Virus record (IMG/VR): IMGVR_UViG_2744054872_000003
Coordinates: 1 to 40,380 of that record
Source: a virus
Taxonomy: Duplodnaviria; Heunggongvirae; Uroviricota; Caudoviricetes
Reading direction: 5' to 3' (one strand)
DNA: 40,380 nucleotides
The stretch's first letter is position 1. Each line of letters starts with the position of its first letter. Shown here one piece after another: positions 34,167-40,380 of this stretch. The notes below the pieces were generated by a model that saw nothing but the letters and a program-made list of their open reading frames with translations, searched no databases and was not told the DNA's origin. The position numbers and the translations under genes are program-made.

Positions 34167-34751
34167 ATGAAAAGTATCCAGGACGTCCGCAGGCAAAATC
34201 TCAACGACTTGATCGACCGTGAATTCAATGGTGTTCAGACGCGGATGGCAGAAAAACTTGGAACTCAGGCAAATCTGGTAAACCGCTGGGCTCTTGGCAA
34301 GAAGGTTATCGGCGACCAGGTTGCGCGAAAAATTGAAGCTGCCGCCAATAAACCCCGTAACTGGCTTGATATCGATCGCTCGCTTTCTCAGGAAGGTTTT
34401 CAGCCTGTCGGCCCAAGCGACATTGGTCAGCTGGCGGCTCACAACCTGGAACGCTGGATGAGCGAAAGCCGCGACCTTTCAACACAGGGAAAACTTCACC
34501 GCGCATCCGGCGTCGCCCAGGTGACAATCAGCCGCCTGTTAAACAATGAGGTCAGCGTTTCCATTTCCACCCTGGAGAATGTTGCATCTGCATTCGGGCG
34601 TCACGGATATGAACTACTGATTCATCCGCATGACCCTGCAACTATCAACTATGACCGCTCGCGCTACGCATTGTTACCTGAAACAGAGAAGGCAAAGATC
34701 GAAAGTTACATTGAATTTGTCATCAACCAGAACGAAAAAAGCAAACAATAA
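34167..34751 (+). CDS. Prophage repressor (cI-like) with HTH domains and no S24 peptidase domain
   Basis: N-terminal XRE-type HTH (MAEKLGTQANLVNRWALGKKVIGDQVARKIE) and a second HTH-like segment; no Ala-Gly/Ser/Lys autocleavage module; sits upstream of the early-left promoter in cI-like orientation. Confidence 0.65.
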   Translation: MKSIQDVRRQNLNDLIDREFNGVQTRMAEKLGTQANLVNRWALGKKVIGDQVARKIEAAANKPRNWLDIDRSLSQEGFQPVGPSDIGQLAAHNLERWMSESRDLSTQGKLHRASGVAQVTISRLLNNEVSVSISTLENVASAFGRHGYELLIHPHDPATINYDRSRYALLPETEKAKIESYIEFVINQNEKSKQ

Positions 34752-34772
34752 AACTATAGTTTTCAGCAAGTA

Positions 34773-34798
34773 AGCCGCCTCATGGCGGCTTTTTTATT
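34773..34798 (+). terminator. Rho-independent terminator after the repressor gene
   Basis: AGCCGCC-TCAT-GGCGGCT hairpin followed by TTTTTATT. Confidence 0.75.
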
Positions 34799-34808
34799 GC
34801 CCTTGCAA

Positions 34809-34885
34809 TTACCTTACGGGTAATTTTTTTAACTCATATCTATTGACACCAAACCAAATACGCATAATCATTACCTCAACGGTAA
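34809..34885 (+). promoter_or_regulatory. Early-left promoter with two flanking operators (pL/OL-like)
   Basis: TTACC-TTACG-GGTAA (34809..34823), -35 TTGACA (34843..34848), -10-like CATAAT/TAATCA, then TTACC-TCAAC-GGTAA (34871..34885). Confidence 0.6.
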
Positions 34886-34904
34886 CAAGCCGAGGTAACA
34901 AGTT

Positions 34905-35057
34905 ATGCAGTGGAAAATCATCAACGGTTGGTACTGCGTTACTGCATGCGGATTCATGAGCTGGAAGTTCCGCACCTTACAGGAAGGCATTAAGTGGGCT
35001 TTCGTCAGCAAAGAAGCTCGCGATGTGGCCAACGATAACGAGATATGGGAGGGCTGA
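34905..35057 (+). CDS. Small Trp-rich hypothetical protein (50 aa), first gene of the early-left operon
   Basis: GAGGT RBS 8 nt upstream; translationally coupled to the next gene. Confidence 0.35.
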   Translation: MQWKIINGWYCVTACGFMSWKFRTLQEGIKWAFVSKEARDVANDNEIWEG

Positions 35058-35059
35058 TA

Positions 35060-35359
35060 ATGAACGTTAATCAGCAGAAAAATCTTCAAAAAATCATGCT
35101 GGCATTCGACAAGGACTACCGCCTGTCAGAACAGCTATATGACCGACAAGTCGAACTGATTGAGAGTATCCGGCTTCATCAACTGGCCTCAACTTTTGAC
35201 GTTGTAACAGGCAAAGGCGTTCGTCAGGAAGTACTGGAGGCTGCTAAAGACAGCCCTGAGTTCGAAGAACTGATGGATGCCTATCGGCGAGAGGCAATGG
35301 CAATTATCGCCCGCTGGGATCTGGCGGATCAGCTTGATGGACAGAGGGACGCGGCATGA
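35060..35359 (+). CDS. Hypothetical early protein upstream of the recombination genes
   Basis: 99 aa; ATGA overlap with the exonuclease gene; a nuclease-inhibitor role is only a positional guess. Confidence 0.45.
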   Translation: MNVNQQKNLQKIMLAFDKDYRLSEQLYDRQVELIESIRLHQLASTFDVVTGKGVRQEVLEAAKDSPEFEELMDAYRREAMAIIARWDLADQLDGQRDAA

Positions 35360-36177
35360 AACCGGGAATTTATTTCGACATCAGCAACGAAGACTACCAC
35401 GCCGGTGACGGCGTGAGTAAGTCGCAACTGGACATGGTTGCCAAGAATCCGGCGCTTCTTAAATGGGTCCAGGCAGCACCAGAAGACGAAGAGAAAAAGT
35501 CTGCACTGGATATTGGAACCGCATTGCACTGTCTGCTTCTGGAGCCTGGAGAATTCGACAAACGCTTCATTGTTTCACCGAAGTTCGATCGTCGGACGAA
35601 ACAAGGTAAAGCTGACGAAGAAGCATTTCTTCGTGATGTAGCGGATATGGGGATTACGGTACTTGATGCCGAGCAGTGGCGGAAACTGGAGCTGATGCGT
35701 GATAGCGCAATGGCTCACCCGGCGGCACGCTGGATGCTGGAAGCACCTGGTTACTGCGAAGCATCAATGTACTGGAATGATGAAGAGACTGGTGAGTTGT
35801 GCCGCATTCGTCCAGACAAATGGCTGAACGAGCACAACGTGATCGTCGACGTGAAAAAGGTTGCAGATATGGACCGTTTTGCACGCCACATCGAGGAATT
35901 CCGCTACCACGTGCAGGACGCAATGTACCGCGAAGGCGCAATGAGGGTTACTGGTCAGCCGCATGGTTTTTTCTTTCTTGCCGTGAGCGAAAGCATTGAT
36001 TGTGGTCGGTATCCGGTACGCGTGTTCGAGCTGGATGCGCCGGATGTCGATGCCGGGCACGCTCTGTTCCGCCGGGATCTGAATACCTATCACGAATGCC
36101 GCATAAATGATGAATGGGGCGGTGTGGAAATCATTAAACGCCCTGAGTGGGCACGCAAACAGGATATGTACATATGA
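35356..36177 (+). CDS. PD-(D/E)XK-family exonuclease (RecE/YqaJ-like partner of the annealase)
   Basis: RIRPD...VIVDVKKV matches the D-x(n)-(D/E)-x-K core; translationally coupled to the RecT-like gene. Confidence 0.6.
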   Translation: MKPGIYFDISNEDYHAGDGVSKSQLDMVAKNPALLKWVQAAPEDEEKKSALDIGTALHCLLLEPGEFDKRFIVSPKFDRRTKQGKADEEAFLRDVADMGITVLDAEQWRKLELMRDSAMAHPAARWMLEAPGYCEASMYWNDEETGELCRIRPDKWLNEHNVIVDVKKVADMDRFARHIEEFRYHVQDAMYREGAMRVTGQPHGFFFLAVSESIDCGRYPVRVFELDAPDVDAGHALFRRDLNTYHECRINDEWGGVEIIKRPEWARKQDMYI

Positions 36178-37115
36178 GCAACGACATCGCAAACATCAAC
36201 GCACCAGTAGACACAGCAATCGCTGGAACTGCTGCAACTATTTTCAGCCCAGACGGCTTGAACCAACTGATGAAATTCGCCGAGGTAATGGCGCAAAGCC
36301 GCGTAACGGTACCGGCGCACCTCGCCGGGAAACCAGCTGATTGCATGGCCGTGGCAATGCAGGCTGCGCAGTGGGGAATGAACCCGTTTGCCGTGGCTCA
36401 GAAAACCCATGTTGTGAACGGCACGCTAGGTTATGAAGCCCAATTAGTAAACGCAGTTATCTCAACGATGTCGCCAACAAAAGATCGCATCAACTACGAG
36501 TGGTTCGGGCCGTGGGAACGCGTGATCGGTAAGTTTGTTGAGAAAACATCCAAAAACGGCAATCCATATATCGCACCAGGCTGGACTCTAAAAGACGAAG
36601 AAGGCTGCGGTGTTCGCGTATGGGCAACCATGAAGGGCGAGGATCAACCTCGAGTGCTTGAGTTAATGCTGTCTCAAGCACAGGTAAGAAACTCCACACT
36701 TTGGGCCAGTGATCCGAAACAACAACTCGCATACCTTGCGACAAAACGCTGGTCTCGCTTGCACTGTCCTGACGTAATCATGGGCGTCTACACACCAGAC
36801 GAATTACAGGAAACGGCACCGCGCGTTGAGCGAGACATTACTCCGCAAACGACCACTGCTGCGGGAATGAACAGTCTGATCAACGCTAAACCAGTGAAAA
36901 AGCCTGATGAGCAAACTCGTAAAGCGGATAGCCGTGATCCAGAAGAAATGCTGATGGCCTTTACCAGCGCAGCGATGAATTACAGCACTGTCTCCGAACT
37001 GGATAAGGCTTACAAATACATTGCACAAAAACTTTCAGATGATGACGAACTGCTGGCAAAAGCCACCGACGTTTACAGCGTTCGTCGGGAAGAATTAAAC
37101 GAAACATCTATGTAA
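36174..37115 (+). CDS. RecT/Bet-family single-strand annealing protein
   Basis: Central block ...LWASDPKQQLAYLATKRWSRL... resembles the conserved RecT/Bet core; start at ATG 36174 overlapping the exonuclease stop. Confidence 0.6.
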   Translation: MSNDIANINAPVDTAIAGTAATIFSPDGLNQLMKFAEVMAQSRVTVPAHLAGKPADCMAVAMQAAQWGMNPFAVAQKTHVVNGTLGYEAQLVNAVISTMSPTKDRINYEWFGPWERVIGKFVEKTSKNGNPYIAPGWTLKDEEGCGVRVWATMKGEDQPRVLELMLSQAQVRNSTLWASDPKQQLAYLATKRWSRLHCPDVIMGVYTPDELQETAPRVERDITPQTTTAAGMNSLINAKPVKKPDEQTRKADSRDPEEMLMAFTSAAMNYSTVSELDKAYKYIAQKLSDDDELLAKATDVYSVRREELNETSM

Positions 37116-37164
37116 CCACCACCGCGGCGCCACACGCGCCGCACTGCAACCAAGAGAGGTATTT

Positions 37165-37413
37165 ATGAAAGGTGCATTAGGTAAGAAGGAACTCCTGGCG
37201 GTGGTGCCACTGTCATGGAGCACTATCGACCGTATGGAGCGCGCAGGGGAATTTCCTAAACGCTGGTATATCACTGACAAACGCTGCGCATGGAACCGTG
37301 ACGAAGTTGAGCGTTGGCTTGATGAACGTCAGGCAGCAAGCCCGGCAGAGTTCCAGGGTAAAAAACCTCCTGTTCAGCAACGTGTATATCGTCCCGTGAG
37401 CAACGCTGCATGA
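37165..37413 (+). CDS. AlpA-family phage regulatory protein / excisionase-like
   Basis: LSWSTIDRMERAGEFPKRWYITDKRCAWNRDEVERWLDER fits the AlpA/Xis winged-helix pattern. Confidence 0.55.
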   Translation: MKGALGKKELLAVVPLSWSTIDRMERAGEFPKRWYITDKRCAWNRDEVERWLDERQAASPAEFQGKKPPVQQRVYRPVSNAA

Positions 37414-37522
37414 GTGCGCTGCTAAGGCACTGGAGCAAATGGTCAGGATGGTACTTATTCCTGGCCTCTGTTTCAGCATGGCTTTATCTGCTGGCATTAA
37501 TTTTCAGAGAGGGTTGGATTAA

Positions 37523-37822
37523 GTGAGAAAGTTAAGCCGACTTGAAAAATATCACATGAATAAGGTTTCAATGCGCAGTCCGTCAAAGATTGTCGCCGTT
37601 ACTCCTGCGGCGATAGAGATCGAAAAACGCGCGATTGAAAGAGAGAAAAAAGGGCAGTTCCGCATTGCCGCTCACCTTTGGCTTCAGTGTATGGATGTTG
37701 CTTCTGGTGATGTTGAACGTGCAAGGATCGCGGTTCGCAGGGACCAATGTATCACAAAAGGTAACGGCCTTCGCCGTGGCGACTATAGCGGCATAGGATG
37801 TTGTGGGGTGGTTTATGACTAA
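37523..37822 (+). CDS. Small basic regulator-like protein (possibly PerC-like)
   Basis: FRIAAHLWLQCMDV resembles the PerC family only weakly; GTG start with GAGGG RBS assumed, alternative ATG at 37556. Confidence 0.35.
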   Translation: MRKLSRLEKYHMNKVSMRSPSKIVAVTPAAIEIEKRAIEREKKGQFRIAAHLWLQCMDVASGDVERARIAVRRDQCITKGNGLRRGDYSGIGCCGVVYD

Positions 37823-38465
37823 GAAATACACACTAATCTATGCAGATCCACCCTGGGTATACCGGGACAAAGCCGCAGATGGTAATCGCGGTGCCGGTTT
37901 TAAATATCCGGTTATGAGTGTGCTGGATATCTGCCGCCTTCCTGTGTGGGATTTGGCCGATGAAAACTGTCTGTTGGCCATGTGGTGGGTGCCAACACAA
38001 CCACTCGAAGCACTAAAAGTTGTTGAAGCCTGGGGATTCCGTCTGATGACGATGAAGGGCTTCACGTGGATAAAATGTGGTAGTCGACAACCAGATAAAC
38101 TTGTTATGGGTATGGGACACATGACTCGCGCCAATAGTGAAGATTGCCTGTTTGCGGTAAAGGGAAAACTACCTACGCGCATTAATGCAGGGATCGTTCA
38201 GTCATTTACCGCACCGCGGCTTGAGCATTCAAGAAAGCCAGATATCGTTCGTGAAAAACTTGTGCAATTATTAGGCGATGTTTCTCGCATTGAACTGTTC
38301 GCCCGCCAGACGTCTCATGGCTTCGATGTTTGGGGTAATCAGTGCGAAGACCCGGCAGTGCAACTACACCCTGGATACGCGTTGGATATTGGCGGATTAA
38401 CAAATGCATTCAGCAATGCTCCGCTGTCACCAACAGACAACCAGGGACGGGAGCGTGCTGCATGA
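37815..38465 (+). CDS. MT-A70-family DNA N6-adenine methyltransferase
   Basis: Catalytic DPPW motif in [12 protein letters not shown] near the N-terminus; about 216 aa. Confidence 0.8.
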   Translation: MTKKYTLIYADPPWVYRDKAADGNRGAGFKYPVMSVLDICRLPVWDLADENCLLAMWWVPTQPLEALKVVEAWGFRLMTMKGFTWIKCGSRQPDKLVMGMGHMTRANSEDCLFAVKGKLPTRINAGIVQSFTAPRLEHSRKPDIVREKLVQLLGDVSRIELFARQTSHGFDVWGNQCEDPAVQLHPGYALDIGGLTNAFSNAPLSPTDNQGRERAA

Positions 38466-39121
38466 ACCTATATCAACGCATCAATGGCGCTGACTGGTGC
38501 AATATCTTCGTCGTCGGCGATCTGCATGGGTGCTACACGCTGCTGATGAACGAACTCGACAAAGTTTCATTCGACCCGGCGCGCGATTTACTTATTTCCG
38601 TTGGTGACCTTGTTGACCGCGGCGCTGAAAACGTCGAATGCCTGGATTTGATTACTATGCCGTGGTTCCGAGCTGTTCGTGGCAACCATGAGCAGATGAT
38701 GCTGGATGCACTGGTCAACGGCGGAAGTTTCGGACATTGGATGTCAAACGGCGGTGGATGGTGGCACCAACTTGATTCTGAGCAGGATGTGCAACTCAAA
38801 TACCTTCTGCCAAAGATTACCAACCTCCCGATGATTATCGAACTAGTTACCGGCAATAAGAAGGTCGTCATCTGTCACGCAGACTACCCGCACAACGAAT
38901 ACGCATTCGATAAGCCAGTACCAGAAGAAATGGTGATATGGAATCGTGAGCGGGTTAGCGACGCGCAGGACGGTATTGTCTCGGAGATAACCGGTGCCGA
39001 TTTGTTCATCTTCGGTCATACGCCAGCACATCACCCACTGGTGTATGCAAACCAGATGTACATCGACACCGGCGCAGTGTTCTGCGGAAATCTGACGCTT
39101 ACCAAAGTCCAGGAAGGATAG
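38462..39121 (+). CDS. Ser/Thr protein phosphatase (PPP-family metallophosphatase, lambda-PPase-like)
   Basis: Motifs GDLHG, GDLVDRG and RGNHE; start at ATG 38462 overlapping the methylase stop. Confidence 0.85.
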   Translation: MNLYQRINGADWCNIFVVGDLHGCYTLLMNELDKVSFDPARDLLISVGDLVDRGAENVECLDLITMPWFRAVRGNHEQMMLDALVNGGSFGHWMSNGGGWWHQLDSEQDVQLKYLLPKITNLPMIIELVTGNKKVVICHADYPHNEYAFDKPVPEEMVIWNRERVSDAQDGIVSEITGADLFIFGHTPAHHPLVYANQMYIDTGAVFCGNLTLTKVQEG

Positions 39122-39123
39122 AA

Positions 39124-40380
39124 TTATTTATTACTGTCTTCCATCCACCTCTCAAACTTCGACGGGGAGAACGGAATCAGATCCGTATGCTCCCCGTTAA
39201 TCCAGGAATCAATCATATCGGCCCACTGCTGCAACATGTAGGCGCGCTGTCTGGCGTATTCCGCTTTGTTATATACGGCGCGCACACCTTTCTGCTCATG
39301 TGCCAGAGCCTTTTCAATCCAGTCTGAAGGATAACCAGCCTCATGCAACAACGTACTTGCTGTACGGCGCATATCGTGTACGGTGAAGTCCTGAATATGC
39401 TCACCATCTTCATTTATTATTTTCACCGTTCTGTCGATCAGAGAGTTCAGCGCGGCATTAGATAATGGCTTCCGGAAATTGTAACGACCAGGAACCAGAT
39501 ATTCACTTCCACCAGCGCACATCTGCAACCCAACCAATATATCCTGTGCCTGTTTAGGCAGGTAAATAACGTGCGCCCGGCTTCCCTTCATGCGGTCTGA
39601 AGGAATTGTCCATGTCCATTTTTTAAAATCTATTTCATCCCACGTTGCATTGGTGAATTCGCCTTTACGAACCATAGTGATAAGCACCAGCTTTAAAGCC
39701 ATTTTCATAGTGCCCATAGCACCAATGGCATCCAGCGTGCGGAAGAACAGGCCAATTTCTTCTGGTGTCAGTGTTCGCTCTCGTGGTTTAAATATGGCGA
39801 TAGACGAAGGTTTAATGTCAGCCGCAGGATTAAACAAACCATGACCACGGTCATTGGCGTGACGGTATACGCTGCTGATGATCTCCCTGGCCTGTACTGC
39901 TGTTGCCCGACCACCGCGTTCGACAATCCGGTCACACAAATCACGAACCATCGATGTGGTAATTTCAGCCATCATTTTGTTGCCAAGAACCGGAAGTATG
40001 TCACGGTCGATCACCGCCTGCTTCATTGCGCGGGTACTGTCAGCCAGGATGACGTGTTTCATATAACTGTCGGTATGTACCGCAAACGTCTCGGCACCAC
40101 GAATCTTTTTGATACCGTCACGTTTAGCCGCAGCCGGTGACTGTCCTGCTTTAAGCAGCTTCTTTGCAGCAATCAGTTCTTCCCGCGCTTCTGCCAGGCT
40201 GATACCGTCACGCCCATACTGCCCGATTACCAGTGTTTCGCGGCGACCGTTGATACGGTAGTCATAGCGAAACGAGACCGTACCTGACGTAAGCACAGCT
40301 ACATACAGCCCGTCACGATCGGAGACTTTGTACAGTTTGTCCTGCGGCTTGAGGTTTTTTAATTTTGTATCGGTAAGCAC
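39124..40380 (-). CDS. Tyrosine integrase, P4-like, 5' end at or beyond the window edge
   Basis: N-terminal arm-binding domain LTDTKLKNLKPQDKLYKVSDRDGLYVAVLTSG; catalytic HDMRRT (HxxR) and C-terminal Tyr in VRAVYNKAEY; the first codon in the window is GTG at the very last bases, so the true start may lie outside. Confidence 0.85.
   Translation of the reverse strand: MLTDTKLKNLKPQDKLYKVSDRDGLYVAVLTSGTVSFRYDYRINGRRETLVIGQYGRDGISLAEAREELIAAKKLLKAGQSPAAAKRDGIKKIRGAETFAVHTDSYMKHVILADSTRAMKQAVIDRDILPVLGNKMMAEITTSMVRDLCDRIVERGGRATAVQAREIISSVYRHANDRGHGLFNPAADIKPSSIAIFKPRERTLTPEEIGLFFRTLDAIGAMGTMKMALKLVLITMVRKGEFTNATWDEIDFKKWTWTIPSDRMKGSRAHVIYLPKQAQDILVGLQMCAGGSEYLVPGRYNFRKPLSNAALNSLIDRTVKIINEDGEHIQDFTVHDMRRTASTLLHEAGYPSDWIEKALAHEQKGVRAVYNKAEYARQRAYMLQQWADMIDSWINGEHTDLIPFSPSKFERWMEDSNK

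Larger units (their letters stand above)
1253..40380. mobile_element. Prophage (temperate podovirus-like, lambda-like early region), continuing past the right window edge
   Basis: Contiguous lysis, virion, terminase, replication, immunity, recombination and integrase genes; left boundary is approximate and not mapped to a repeat. Confidence 0.8.

Noticed and set aside
38342-38461. ORF-track N-terminal extension of the phosphatase ([16 protein letters not shown]...)
   Set aside because: It overlaps the 3' end of the methyltransferase gene in another frame; the ATG at 38462 forms an ATGA overlap with the methylase stop and precedes the conserved GDLHG motif at the expected distance.
1-40380. 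CRISPR arrays, insertion sequences, transposases, rRNA
   Set aside because: No regularly spaced direct repeats with unique spacers, no terminal inverted repeats around a transposase-like ORF, and no rRNA-like conserved blocks were seen; the iterons at 33012..33160 are contiguous tandem repeats, not a CRISPR array.

Overview
The window is almost entirely one temperate prophage with a T7-like (podovirus) virion module joined to a lambda-like immunity, replication and recombination region. It runs from about 1.3 kb to the right edge, where a P4-type tyrosine integrase gene is cut off at 40380. Left to right: two probable flanking or cargo genes on the plus strand (lipoprotein, secreted charged protein) and a bidirectional terminator; a minus-strand lysis cassette (two holin-like proteins, GH19 endolysin, embedded i-/o-spanin); a tailspike; a plus-strand accessory island (SOS box, Bro-N antirepressor plus a stand-alone paralogue of its C-terminal domain, an AT-rich gene, a small secreted peptide); internal virion proteins, tail tubular proteins, capsid, scaffold and portal; a plus-strand tRNA-Arg(UCU) and Gp49-family gene inserted antisense between portal and terminase; terminase; a nin-like region; replication genes P and O with an iteron origin inside O; a cro-like / cI-like switch with three operators; and a plus-strand early-left operon (PD-(D/E)XK exonuclease, RecT/Bet-like annealase, AlpA-like regulator, MT-A70 methyltransferase, PPP phosphatase). 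The strongest non-coding signals are a 15-bp inverted repeat TTACC-N5-GGTAA found at 15 promoter-proximal positions (11 perfect), a near-consensus LexA box upstream of the antirepressor module, and a 12-bp palindrome GTGACATGTCAC found three times, each between a gene end and an intrinsic terminator. All protein calls rest on recalled motifs and family resemblance read from the translations; no database search was run. No CRISPR array, transposase or rRNA was seen.
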